From an uncultured Sutterella sp. (GTDB lineage Bacteria > Pseudomonadota > Gammaproteobacteria > Burkholderiales > Burkholderiaceae_F): DNA of 64,000 nucleotides. Location of the stretch: the NCBI GenBank assembly GCA_905194315.1, contig CAJJRX010000005.1:1971-65970 (forward strand), in the 5' to 3' direction. Of the stretch, positions 50,565 to 60,564 are shown in pieces. The position numbers were made by a program, and so were the translations under genes. Under the pieces are notes generated by a model. That model did not search any database. It saw nothing but the letters and a program-made list of their open reading frames with translations, and was not told the origin of the DNA. Every line of letters begins with the position of its first letter. Position 1 is the first letter of the stretch.

Positions 50565-51914
50565 TTAATTACCGAAATCGATGATACCAATGCCGTGCAG
50601 CATCACCACAATGATCAGCACCGGGGCAAGAACGCCGGCAATGAGGTGAAACAGCCGCAGAAAGTTCTTCGGATAGGGGTGCACGAGCTGGAGCTGCGCC
50701 TCAGCCATCGGACGGGCGAGCCAGGCCACCACAATCCCGATCCCGAGCGCACCGATCGGCATACCGATATTGCTGGTGAGATAGTCAAAGAAATTGAAAA
50801 AACTCATCCCGGCAATCTTCACATTGGCAAGCGGACCGAAACTGAGCGCACACAGGATGCCGAGCATTGCCAGCGTGAGAAAGATCAGCAGCACGGCCAC
50901 CGGACGCGGCATTTTCCACTCGTCATTGAGATACTGCACGGACATCTCGAAAATGCTGATCGCGCTCGTGAGTGCAGCCACATACAGGCACACGTAAAAC
51001 GTGATCGCAAAGAAGTGTCCGAAGGGGAGCTGCGCGAAAACAGCGGGCATCGTCGCGAAAGTGAGTCCGGGGCCCGCATCGGGACTGAGCCCGAAGGCAA
51101 ACACTGCGGGCATGATCATCAGCCCGCCCAGAAGCGAGGCGATGATCGCCAGAAACACGATCCAGGTGACAGATCCGGGCAGATTGACTTTTTTGCTCAG
51201 ATAGCTCCCGTAGTTCATCTGTGAGGCGGAGCCCACCGAGAGCGAGAAAAAGGCAAAGCCCATGGCGTTGAGAAGGCTCTGCGCCGTGAACTGGTTCCAG
51301 TCGGGCTCGAAGAGAAAACGCACCCCCTCCCAGGCACCCGGAAGGGTGAGACCGCGGCCGATGAGCACAAGCATCATCACAAAGAGCAGCGGCATGAGCA
51401 CTTTGGAGAGGCGCTCAATGCCTTTTTCCACCCCGAAGAGTACAACGAGCCCGGTGGAGGCGAGAAAGATCAGGTGCGAGATAACCGGGGCGAAGGCGCC
51501 GCTCGCGAAGCTGTCAAATTCGCTTCGCATCAGTGCCGGGTCATTGATGATCCCGTTGCCGATGAGGGCCTGCCCCATGTAGTAGACACACCAGCCGCCC
51601 ACGACGGAGTAAAAGGCAAGCACCAGATAGCCGGTGAGCACCGAGAGTTTGCCGATCCATGCAAAGGTCGAACCGCCCCAGCGCCGGAAGGCGCCTGCCG
51701 CCCCTGCACGGGCGCTTCTGCCCATGCACATCTCCCCCATGAGCAGCACAAGGCCGATCGTGACAGTAAAGAAGATATACGGGAGCATGAAGATGGAACC
51801 GCCGTTGGTGCCGGCCATGTAGGGAAATTTCCAAATAGCGCCGAGGCCGACGGCACTGCCGGCGCTAGCCAAAATAAACCCGAGGCGAGAGCCCCACTGC
51901 GAGCGTTCAGTCAT
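50565..51914 (-). CDS. Sodium-dependent transporter, NSS/SNF family
   Basis: Same NSS signature motifs. Confidence 0.95.
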   Translation of the reverse strand: MTERSQWGSRLGFILASAGSAVGLGAIWKFPYMAGTNGGSIFMLPYIFFTVTIGLVLLMGEMCMGRSARAGAAGAFRRWGGSTFAWIGKLSVLTGYLVLAFYSVVGGWCVYYMGQALIGNGIINDPALMRSEFDSFASGAFAPVISHLIFLASTGLVVLFGVEKGIERLSKVLMPLLFVMMLVLIGRGLTLPGAWEGVRFLFEPDWNQFTAQSLLNAMGFAFFSLSVGSASQMNYGSYLSKKVNLPGSVTWIVFLAIIASLLGGLMIMPAVFAFGLSPDAGPGLTFATMPAVFAQLPFGHFFAITFYVCLYVAALTSAISIFEMSVQYLNDEWKMPRPVAVLLIFLTLAMLGILCALSFGPLANVKIAGMSFFNFFDYLTSNIGMPIGALGIGIVVAWLARPMAEAQLQLVHPYPKNFLRLFHLIAGVLAPVLIIVVMLHGIGIIDFGN

Positions 51915-51987
51915 CGATATCCGGTGTGTCAGTAGATTGAAAAAAACGCTGGGCGCGGGCCCGGCGTTTTGCATTGAAAACGAAAAT

Positions 51988-52024
51988 GGAAGCCTCCCGG
52001 TGCGTCGTGCACCGGGAGGTTTCC
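51988..52024 (-). terminator. Strong hairpin, probable terminator after the T-box-controlled NSS gene
   Basis: GGAAGCCTCCCGGTGC/GCACCGGGAGGTTTCC inverted repeat with ATTTT following on the minus strand. Confidence 0.6.
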
Positions 52025-52033
52025 GCTAACAGG

Positions 52034-53380
52034 TTACATTAGACCAGAAATCAGCACAACAAGCACCAGAATCGGGGCAACTGTTGTCATCATCAGGCGT
52101 AGCAGACCTAATTTTGCCTCAGATAAGCCTGTGGCGTCAGGATTTTTGAGGGTTGATCTCACCTGCGGCCAGCAGACGACACTCGCGAGCAGCAGAATCA
52201 CCAGACCGCCGACGGGCAGCGACAGGTTGCTCGTGAAGAAGTCAAAGATATCAAAGAAGGTCTTGCCGCCGAAGAAAGTCACGTCCGAGAGGATGCCGAA
52301 CGACAGGCACGGGAGCACGCCCACTACAGCAAGCGCCACGGTCGAGAGTACGGCCGCTTTGGCACGGCTCATGCTGTACTCGTCAACAAGGAACGCAACA
52401 AGAATTTCGATAAGCGAAATCGAGCTGGTGATGGCCGCCACGGCAATGCACAGATAGAACATCACTGCAAAGAGCTGACCGAACGGGAGCTGTGCAAACA
52501 CGGCCGGCATTGTGATGAACGTGAGGCCGGGGCCCGCGCTCGGGTCAAGCCCGAAGGCGAACACCGCCGGCATGATCATCAGACCGCCGAGCAGCGAGGA
52601 GATCAGGGTGAGCACCGTGATCCAGACGCAGCCGTTGACCACGTTGGAGTTCTCCTTCAGATACGAGCCGTAGGTGAGCATGCAGCCGCAGCCCACACAC
52701 AGCGAGAAGAACACAAAGCCCATGGCCTGGAGCAGTCCGCTCAGCGTAAAGGCCGACGGGTCAAACTTGAAGAGGTATTCCACACCGGCCCAGGAACCGG
52801 GAAGCGTGAGACCGCGGCCGATGAGCACGAGCATCATCACAAAGAGCAGCGGCATGAGGACCTTGCTCACGCGTTCGATCCCGCGGGTGACGTCAAAGGC
52901 GACGATCAGACCGTTGAGCAGCAGAAAGAGCCACTGATAGCCGAGCGCCATGATGGGGTTGGAGGTGAGCTCACCGAAATGCGCACCGAGCTGCGCCTGA
53001 TCGGTGATGAGGCCCGAGCCCGTGAGTGCTTCACAGAAGTACGCAAGCGTCCAGCCGCCGATGGCCGAGTAGAAGGTCATCACGAGAAAGCCCGTGATCA
53101 CCCCCAGATAGCCCACCGGCACCCATTTGCTGCCGGCGATTTTGCGGTAGGTGGTCACAATCCCGCCGCGGCCGAGGTGACCGAGCGTGATTTCTGCAAT
53201 CAGCAGGGTGAGCCCCACGGTAAGGGTGAGCACAATGTAGGGGAACAGAAAGGCGCTTCCACCGTTGGAACCCGCCATGTAGGGGAATTTCCAGATTGCC
53301 CCCAGACCGACGGCGGCGCCGACGCTCGCGAGAATAAAGCCGATCCGGCTGGTCCAGGATTTTCTTTGTGTATTAGGCAT
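52034..53380 (-). CDS. NSS/SNF transporter, probable tryptophan importer
   Basis: NSS motifs (variant GAAVGLG, FFSLCVG); lies downstream of a Trp-specifier T-box. Substrate is inferred from the regulation. Confidence 0.9.
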   Translation of the reverse strand: MPNTQRKSWTSRIGFILASVGAAVGLGAIWKFPYMAGSNGGSAFLFPYIVLTLTVGLTLLIAEITLGHLGRGGIVTTYRKIAGSKWVPVGYLGVITGFLVMTFYSAIGGWTLAYFCEALTGSGLITDQAQLGAHFGELTSNPIMALGYQWLFLLLNGLIVAFDVTRGIERVSKVLMPLLFVMMLVLIGRGLTLPGSWAGVEYLFKFDPSAFTLSGLLQAMGFVFFSLCVGCGCMLTYGSYLKENSNVVNGCVWITVLTLISSLLGGLMIMPAVFAFGLDPSAGPGLTFITMPAVFAQLPFGQLFAVMFYLCIAVAAITSSISLIEILVAFLVDEYSMSRAKAAVLSTVALAVVGVLPCLSFGILSDVTFFGGKTFFDIFDFFTSNLSLPVGGLVILLLASVVCWPQVRSTLKNPDATGLSEAKLGLLRLMMTTVAPILVLVVLISGLM

Positions 53381-53462
53381 GATGTCAGTCTTTATAGTGC
53401 TGCGGCTTTGTCCCCGGTCGGGGCAGAGCCCGGAAGGACGGAAAACAAGTCCGCTACAGACG

Positions 53463-53813
53463 AAAAAACTCCACCGGCAGGGTTACTGTCGAGGAGTTCG
53501 TGACAAATCTGCAAAATACAAAGGCACACTCCTGCGACAGCGCCTGTCGCTGTCGAATCCATAAGGACGAGTGTTTTTCACCCGCGGTGCCACCTTATGT
53601 TCACGGTCCGCCCGGGAGCCGTGCGCTCAATACGGGAGCAGACACTCCCTAAACCACTCACGCAGGTTCTCGCGTCGCAGAATACTAGGCAGTTCCCTGC
53701 TTTTGACTGCGCCCTCAGCGGCCCATTTGACGACCAGTGTCTTACCCGACTCTCACCTTACTCGGGCTCTCTCAGAAGTCTTCGTTCGCCTTTACTTCCG
53801 CTTCAACGGTGTA
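53463..53813 (-). ncRNA. T-box riboswitch leader, Trp specifier, upstream of an NSS transporter
   Basis: Inverted near-copy of 37908-38063. Specifier TGG at 53725-53723, T-box AAGGTGGCACCGCG at 53596-53583, terminator 53497-53463. Confidence 0.93.
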
Positions 53814-53819
53814 ATGCCC

Positions 53820-53848
53820 ATGCTAAGGCGCTTAACGCATTACGTCAA
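53820..53848 (-). promoter_or_regulatory. sigma70 promoter of the T-box-NSS transcript
   Basis: TTGACG-17 bp-TAGCAT on the minus strand, at the same distance from the leader as in copy 1. Confidence 0.8.
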
Positions 53849-53999
53849 GCCGTGAGCACAGGCTTTACGCATGCTAGCACGGCAGACGCAGAAATGCTAG
53901 GCGAAATTCTCTAGTGGAAAACCACGTCTCAGAGGCGCCCAAAAAAAATCCCGCTCGCCGTCGGGCGCGAGCGGGAGATGATGGAGCCAGTCGGGCTGA

Positions 54000-55334
54000 T
54001 CAGTCAAAAAGGCCCTGATAGATCGCCACGGCCACGAGTACCGGTGCGAGCACGGCAATCGAGAAGCGAAGCAGCGAGAGCGCCTTCGGGCTGTAGACTT
54101 TCACCGCACAGATCTGCTCACGCATCGTGGGCCAGGCAAGCCAGCCCGCAAGCAGCGCGACCGCCAGACCGCCGAGCGGCATGAGGTAGTTCGAGCAGAC
54201 GTAGTCGAGGAAATCAAAGAGCGTACGGCCGAAGAACGTGTAGCTGCCCCAGGGGCCAAACGACAGAGCACAGGCGCTGCCGAGCAGCAGCAGAGCAACC
54301 CAGTTGATGAGGGTGGCTTTTTTGCGCGAGAGGTGCCACTCGTTCTGCAGATAGGCGGTGACGACCTCAAGGCAGGAGACTGCGGAGGTGAGGGCGGCGA
54401 CCATCAGGCAGATGTAAAAGAGCACGGCAAAGAGGTAGCCGAAATGCACGTGCGAGAAAATAATCGGAATGGTGATGAACACGAGTCCCGGACCGCCGTT
54501 GGGCTCAAGCCCGAAGGCAAAGACGGCGGGCATGATCATCAGACCGGCAAGAATGGCGGCCTGAATGGCAAGCAGCGCCACCCAGAGACTGGCGTTGGGA
54601 ATGTCGGTTTTATCCGAGAGGTACGAGCCGTAGGTCACCAGAATCCCGGCGCCGAGCGAGAGCGAGAAGAAGGTAAAGCCCATCGCGTTGAGAATGGCCG
54701 AGCCTGTGACGCGGTCGAGATCAAAGTCAAACAGATAGACCACCCCGGCCCAGGCGCCGTCGAGCGTGAGTGCACGCACAATCAGTGCGATCATCAGCAC
54801 AAAGAGCGTCGGCATGAGGTATTTGGCAAGCCGCTCGATGCCGCCCTCCACACCGAGCGCGACCGTGCCGCAGGTGAGGGTGAGAAAGACCGAGTGCCAG
54901 AACACGTTACGCTCGGGGGTGCTCACCAGATCGCCGAAGTGCGCTTTGAGCAGTGCCGCATCGTTGATGATAATGTTGCCCGAGAGCGCATCCCATAGAT
55001 AGGCTGCACACCAGCCGCCCACCACCGAGTAGTAGGAGAGAATCAGAAACGAGGTGAGTACGCCCATGGCGCCCACGAGCGAGAACCAGCGCCCGCCCAC
55101 GCGGCGCATGGCGGCCACCACAGAGCCGCGGCCCCTGCGTCCGATGGCCACCTCCGCCATCACGAGCGTCACGCCGATTGTAATGGTGAAAACGATGTAG
55201 GGAATGATGAAAGCTGCTCCGCCGTTGGCGCCCGCCCAGAAAGGAAATTTCCAGATGGCGCCCAGACCGATGGCCGAGCCTGCACTGGCCAGAATGAATC
55301 CGAGCCGTGAACTCCATTGCGAGTTTGTTGACAT
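54000..55334 (-). CDS. Sodium-dependent transporter, NSS/SNF family
   Basis: Motifs GFILASAGSAIGLGAIWKFPF, FFSLSLG and GPGLVF. Confidence 0.95.
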   Translation of the reverse strand: MSTNSQWSSRLGFILASAGSAIGLGAIWKFPFWAGANGGAAFIIPYIVFTITIGVTLVMAEVAIGRRGRGSVVAAMRRVGGRWFSLVGAMGVLTSFLILSYYSVVGGWCAAYLWDALSGNIIINDAALLKAHFGDLVSTPERNVFWHSVFLTLTCGTVALGVEGGIERLAKYLMPTLFVLMIALIVRALTLDGAWAGVVYLFDFDLDRVTGSAILNAMGFTFFSLSLGAGILVTYGSYLSDKTDIPNASLWVALLAIQAAILAGLMIMPAVFAFGLEPNGGPGLVFITIPIIFSHVHFGYLFAVLFYICLMVAALTSAVSCLEVVTAYLQNEWHLSRKKATLINWVALLLLGSACALSFGPWGSYTFFGRTLFDFLDYVCSNYLMPLGGLAVALLAGWLAWPTMREQICAVKVYSPKALSLLRFSIAVLAPVLVAVAIYQGLFD

Positions 55335-55615
55335 GGCAGTTTTTTCTTTGAAGTGTAATTGTATTTGTCCCGCAGACTGCACCGCTCTGGCACACCCCGC
55401 GCCCCGCAGCCCCTGCAGCAAAAGTGTTTTCAGAGTCTTCCGGAGTATCTTCCATTCTAGCGGTGAAATCGGCCGCTATACAAAAGCCAACCAAATATTG
55501 AGTTGACGTTAGACGTCGGAATAAACGGATAGGTGTATTGTCGTAGAGAGGCTGTGTCCGGCCTGCAGAGGCAAGGCACAGCCAAAACGGAATTTTTCTC
55601 TGAGGATGGTGACTG

Positions 55616-56359
55616 ATGCTCAAACAAACGATTCTCTGTGCCGCACTCGGTGCGGCACTTCTCGGGGCCGGTGCGGCAGGTGCGGTGCCCGCACCCGCTG
55701 ACAAAGGCATGGAGGTTCAGGTGTCGGGGAGCGCCGCCTTGAGTGTGCCCAATGACGAGGCGGTGCTCAGCTTTTCCGTGATCGAAGAGGGACGGGATGC
55801 GAAAAGCGCTTCTGAAAAAGCCATTGCCCGCAGCAATGCCGCACTCAGTGCCCTGAAAAAGAGCCCGCTTGCCGCGTCGCTGGAATCCATGCAGACGGCA
55901 GGCTTTTCAGTGAACCCTCGCTACACGCAGAGCAGCGAGAAGGCTGCCGCGAGAATTGACGGCTGGGAGGCGGCCGTGCAGCTGCGCGTTGTGGTGCGCG
56001 ATGTGGAGAAGACCGGTGAGATTATGGCACTCGCCGGCGAGTCCATGGATTACGACGGCGTGAGTTTCCGTGTCTCGAGAAAAGCCCGTCAGGCTGCAGA
56101 GGCCGAGCTCCTGAACCGGGCGACCCTCAACGCGGTGGCCAAACTCAATGCCATCTCAAAGACGATGGGGCTCACCGAGCGGGAGGTGAAAATGACCAAG
56201 CTCACGGTGATGCATCAGACAAGCGCACCGCGCTACTTTGCCATGGCAAAGACAGCAGCGGCGAATGCCGCTGCACGGCTTGCGCCGCAGGTCGAGGGCG
56301 GCACCTCCGAGGTTGAACTGCATGTGAATGCCGAAGCGCTCATCATGCCGGCAAAGTAG
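55616..56359 (+). CDS. SIMPL (DUF541/YggE-like) periplasmic protein
   Basis: Signal peptide, VQVSGSA..SVPNDEA, T.GFSVNPRY and terminal GTSEVELHV. Confidence 0.85.
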   Translation: MLKQTILCAALGAALLGAGAAGAVPAPADKGMEVQVSGSAALSVPNDEAVLSFSVIEEGRDAKSASEKAIARSNAALSALKKSPLAASLESMQTAGFSVNPRYTQSSEKAAARIDGWEAAVQLRVVVRDVEKTGEIMALAGESMDYDGVSFRVSRKARQAAEAELLNRATLNAVAKLNAISKTMGLTEREVKMTKLTVMHQTSAPRYFAMAKTAAANAAARLAPQVEGGTSEVELHVNAEALIMPAK

Positions 56360-56426
56360 AACCGCAAAAACAGAAAAAGCCGCGCTTTTCTCAGGAAAAA
56401 CGCGGCTTTTTTTCTTTTCCGAAGGA

Positions 56427-57074
56427 TCAGAGACGGGCAACCGTGCTCATCACGCCGGTGACCTTGTCGCCAATCGAGACGGTGATCTCGGCATCAAGCG
56501 GCAGGTACAGATCCACACGGGAGCCAAAGCGGATAAAGCCGTAGCGCTGACCGCGCTCGAGCGTGTCACCCACGTTGGTGTAGCAGAGAATGCGGCGGGC
56601 AACGAGACCGGCAACCTGCACAAACGTCACGCTGCGGCCTTCGGGCGTGATCACACGCACGGCGTTGCGTTCATTGTCAGTGGAGGCCTTGTCGAGGTCG
56701 GCGCTCAGAAAGAGCCCGGGTGTGTAGCGGATCTCCTGAACCACACCGGTGACAGGCGCCTTCTGGCTGTGCACGTTGAAGACGTTCATAAAGATCGAGA
56801 CCATCTGGGCCTTTTCGCCCGTGAGCGGGTCATCAGCCATCTGCACCTTGCACACACGGCCGTCGACCGGGCTCACCACGGCGCGTGGGTCGTTAGGCAG
56901 CTCGCGGGCGGGGTCGCGGAAGAACTGCAGGCTGAAGACGGTAAAGAGCGCGGCAATGGCCGCAAAAAAGTCCCAGTCAAGCAGATAAAGAATGATCGTG
57001 ACGATCAGACCGCCCAGAATAATGGGGCGCCCTTCCTTGGCAAAGAAGGGATGAGGATAGAGTTTGGTGTTCAC
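56427..57074 (-). CDS. psd: Phosphatidylserine decarboxylase proenzyme
   Basis: Motifs [26 protein letters not shown] and self-cleavage site RFGSRVD. Confidence 0.94.
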   Translation of the reverse strand: MNTKLYPHPFFAKEGRPIILGGLIVTIILYLLDWDFFAAIAALFTVFSLQFFRDPARELPNDPRAVVSPVDGRVCKVQMADDPLTGEKAQMVSIFMNVFNVHSQKAPVTGVVQEIRYTPGLFLSADLDKASTDNERNAVRVITPEGRSVTFVQVAGLVARRILCYTNVGDTLERGQRYGFIRFGSRVDLYLPLDAEITVSIGDKVTGVMSTVARL

Positions 57075-57257
57075 AGTCAGAATTCCAAAAATGAACTAAT
57101 GAATGGTTGCGCTCATCATATAGCAAAACTGCGGGCGCGGGGCAAAAGTTTGAAAAAAAGAAAACCGGAGTTCCGGTGCGCTGACGGCAGGAACTCCGGC
57201 GGTTTTAAGCGTTTCACCCGCAGACGGTCTGCCGGAAGGCTCTGCGGGCGTTGTGCC

Positions 57258-58121
57258 TTAGTGCTGCTGGGCTTTTTCTTCCTCTTTGCCCTGAGCCTGC
57301 ATGGCGGCAATCGACCGGGCAATGTCGGCCTGAATCGGATTGGGTTTGCCCGTCCAGTAGCAGTAGAACCCGTAGGCATAGCCCGAGAGCGCATAAATGC
57401 AGAAGAGGATAAAGATCGAGAGCGAGGTGTTCGAGGAGATCGCGAGGAACAGAAGCGCACCCACGACGATCACCCAGAAGGGGATGGTCTTCACCACCGC
57501 ATAGCTCTTGCCGGAGAAAAACGGCGCATTCGAAACCATGGTGAGCCCGGCGTAGAGCGTCACCACAGCACAGATCTGCGGAATGGCATCGACGGCAAAG
57601 TCAGGGATGTGACCTTCCACACAGAGCCACACAAAGCCGCACACGAGCGCCGCGGCGGCCGGTGAGGGAAGCCCCTGGAAGTAGTTCTTGCTCACCACGC
57701 CCACATTGCAGTTAAAGCGGGCCAGACGCAGCAGGGCGCAGAGCGCGTACACAAACGCGATCGCCCAGCCGAGCTTGCCCAGATTGTTGAGCGTGAATTC
57801 GTAGGCGATCAGACCCGGGGCGATACCGAAGCTCACCGCGTCGGCGAGCGAGTCCATCTGCACCCCGAACTCGGACTGCGTGTGAGTGAGTCGGGCGACA
57901 CGACCGTCCATGCCGTCAAAAAGCATGGAAAAGAAAACGGCAATGGCGGCAGACAAGAAGTCACCGTTCATCGCGGCGATGATGCCGTAGAAGGCGGCAA
58001 AGAGGGCGGCGGCCGTAAAAGCATTGGGCAGCACATAGATACTCTTTGACTTCACGGCTTGAATTCGGCGCTGGCTGATAGCAGTCAGGCTTTCCCGCTG
58101 ATTGGGAGGCGTTACTGTCAT
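57258..58121 (-). CDS. pssA: CDP-diacylglycerol--serine O-phosphatidyltransferase
   Basis: Motifs LPNAFT, DGMDGRVAR...FGVQMDSLAD, RLARFN and FQGLPSP. Confidence 0.95.
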   Translation of the reverse strand: MTVTPPNQRESLTAISQRRIQAVKSKSIYVLPNAFTAAALFAAFYGIIAAMNGDFLSAAIAVFFSMLFDGMDGRVARLTHTQSEFGVQMDSLADAVSFGIAPGLIAYEFTLNNLGKLGWAIAFVYALCALLRLARFNCNVGVVSKNYFQGLPSPAAAALVCGFVWLCVEGHIPDFAVDAIPQICAVVTLYAGLTMVSNAPFFSGKSYAVVKTIPFWVIVVGALLFLAISSNTSLSIFILFCIYALSGYAYGFYCYWTGKPNPIQADIARSIAAMQAQGKEEEKAQQH

Positions 58122-58345
58122 TTATCGGGTCCACTAAACGTGATTAGCCTCAGGTGCTGAGGCAAACAACCAAAGAAGCTGACATTCTACCCGCCTTGAC
58201 CGCATTAGGCAAAGAGGACGGGTCAAAGCACGACAAAAGTCATACGCACTGGGTAGAGTTCGTTAGAATTATTAACGCCTGACCGTCTGCGGTGGAATAC
58301 GTCGTACGGTCAGAGTTTGTAAGAAATCTTTGTAGAGGTCCCTGA

Positions 58346-59026
58346 ATGCCTTTCGTTTTTGCGCCCCCGCAGCAGGCGGCGATTCCTGTGTTAGACGAAC
58401 GTTATGAGTTTTTCCCTGTCAATCGGGTTTTTGGTATTGCCAGAAACTACAACGAGCCCGGTGCCGCAAAAACCCCTGAACCGTTTTACTTTATGAAGTC
58501 TGCCGACTGCGTGCTGCCCGTTGCCGAAGGCACGGTGGCGGATGTGCCGCATCCGGATTTCAGTCGCGATCTGCGTCACGAGGTCGAGCTCGTCGCCTGC
58601 CTGGGCCGCGGCGGACGCAACATGACGCTCGAAGAGGCCGAGGCTGCCGTCTGGGGCTGGTGCGCGGGCATTGACTTCACGCTCGCTGACGTGGCACTGC
58701 CCTCGGGCGGACGTGACCTGACGATCGGCAAGTCCTTTGAACGCTCGGCGCCCGTGTCCTATGTCCGTCCGGCCTACCGTGCGCCGCTCCCGCAGCCCGT
58801 GGATCTGTGGCTGTATGTCAATAACCAGAAACGTCAGGCAGGCAGCACCACCGGGCTGATCCGCTCCGTGTATGAGCAGATTGTTGAGCTCTCGCGCTAC
58901 TGGACGCTCACCCCCGGGGACATTATCTTCACGGGTACCCCGGGCGGCGCAGGGACGCTCGCGCGCGGTGACCTGATCGACGCCGGTGTGAACGGCGTGG
59001 GCGCGCTCAAAGTGCGTATTGTTTAA
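58346..59026 (+). CDS. Fumarylacetoacetate hydrolase family protein
   Basis: Motifs IARNY, FMKS, HEVEL, IDFT, GKSF and GDIIFTGTP. Confidence 0.88.
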   Translation: MPFVFAPPQQAAIPVLDERYEFFPVNRVFGIARNYNEPGAAKTPEPFYFMKSADCVLPVAEGTVADVPHPDFSRDLRHEVELVACLGRGGRNMTLEEAEAAVWGWCAGIDFTLADVALPSGGRDLTIGKSFERSAPVSYVRPAYRAPLPQPVDLWLYVNNQKRQAGSTTGLIRSVYEQIVELSRYWTLTPGDIIFTGTPGGAGTLARGDLIDAGVNGVGALKVRIV

Positions 59027-59103
59027 TGGTCACCACACTCTGCAGGTGAGCAGCCACCCACAAAAAAGCGCCTGAATCACAGGCGCTTTTTTTGTGTTTC
59101 CCC

Positions 59104-60195
59104 TTACGAGGCCGGTGTGTCCGCGTGATTCGTCACGGCGCTCTCGAGCGCGGCGGCGAGCATCGAGACCGCTGCCGCATAGAAGTAGCTGCGGTTGTAG
59201 TAGAGGAACGCAGAAAAGTTCTGCGTGCCGATGTAGAGGCGTTTTTCCATCGCTCCGCCCGCCTCCTGCCAGGGCAGCTCCACGAGGAGCACCGGATGGT
59301 CAAGCGAGAGGTTCATAAAGCCCACCGGTTCGATGCCGTGCTCGAAGAGTTCGCTCACCGTCTTGTCGGGCCGGATGCCGGTGGAGGGCTCGGCCGAGGT
59401 GTCGCGGATTTTCTGTTTGACCGCGTACAGCGGCTTGAGACCGGCCTTCCAGCCGTGCTCTTTGAGGTAGGCTGCCACCGAGGCGATACCATCGGCCTCG
59501 TTGTTGACAATGTCGATAAAGCCGTCATCGTCCCCGTCAGTGCCGAAGCGGTTGAGTGAACTGGGCATGAACTGTCCGAGACCGATCGCGCCGGCATAGC
59601 TGCCGGTGACCGAAACGGTCGGGAGTTTGTCACGCCAGCAGAAATCGAAAAACTCGGCGAGCTCCTTGCGGTAGAACTTCTCGCGGCGCGTGTAGTCAAA
59701 GGCAAGCGTCGTGAGCACATCGAGCACCCGGAAGTTACCCATGTTCTTGCCGTAGATCGTCTCAATGCCGATAATCGCGGTGATGGCATAGCGCGAGACA
59801 CCGGTGTCCTCTTCGAGCTGAGCAAAGAGGCTCGCATGGCGGTTGAGAAAATCGACCCCCTTGTTGACGCGCTCGAAATTGACCATGTTACGGTGATAGA
59901 GTCGGAAGTTTCTGTCGGGCGTGGTCGCCGGCCCCTGTTTGGGTTTTGGCGTCATGTAGCGCTCGGCAAGCGGCGAGTAGCGCGCCAGTGCGATCTCCGT
60001 TTCAAGCCATTCCATCGGAATGCCTTTTTCCCGGGAGACCTCTTTGAGAAACGCGATGATTTCGGGACGTTCGTTGTAGTTGAGCCCGGTGGGCGGCGCA
60101 GCGGCGAGCACACTGCCGAGCCGCACATCACTCCACAGACCGGCGCCGAGAAGCGCGGCATAGCTACAGAGTTGACGACGGGAGAATTGCGGCAT
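59104..60195 (-). CDS. mltB: Lytic murein transglycosylase B
   Basis: Motifs IIGIETIYG, GSYAGAIGLGQFMPSS, DGDDDG, SVAAYL and YNRSYFYA. Confidence 0.93.
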   Translation of the reverse strand: MPQFSRRQLCSYAALLGAGLWSDVRLGSVLAAAPPTGLNYNERPEIIAFLKEVSREKGIPMEWLETEIALARYSPLAERYMTPKPKQGPATTPDRNFRLYHRNMVNFERVNKGVDFLNRHASLFAQLEEDTGVSRYAITAIIGIETIYGKNMGNFRVLDVLTTLAFDYTRREKFYRKELAEFFDFCWRDKLPTVSVTGSYAGAIGLGQFMPSSLNRFGTDGDDDGFIDIVNNEADGIASVAAYLKEHGWKAGLKPLYAVKQKIRDTSAEPSTGIRPDKTVSELFEHGIEPVGFMNLSLDHPVLLVELPWQEAGGAMEKRLYIGTQNFSAFLYYNRSYFYAAAVSMLAAALESAVTNHADTPAS

Positions 60196-60564
60196 TTTCT
60201 TGCTCCGGCACTGCGAAAAATAAAAAAGAGTTCCGTTTCATTGTAGCAGGCGCAAAAACACTGATCCCGCATGCGCGGGACGCTCTAGAGGTTTTGTTTT
60301 GCAAGAAAACGCAACACAACGTTTAATTCCGCCTGCCCGCAGCGCGGGCGTTTCAGGGCGATCCCTGCGTCAGAGGCGCAGTGCCGCAGGAGCACGTGAC
60401 CGCCGTGCCGCAGCGGTGGCCGGTGAAAGTGCCGCGCAATTTGCCCTACAATAGGCTTTACGTACAGCGTCGGGCGTGAGAGCGCAATCTCACCGGCGCT
60501 TATTTATAACCAAGCCCAGTACCGGCCGGCGTCCCTCCGGGCGCCGTGCAATAAAGGATTCCCT

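Noticed and set aside
55335..55600. Third T-box upstream of the first NSS gene
   Set aside because: No T-box consensus or Stem I similarity found.
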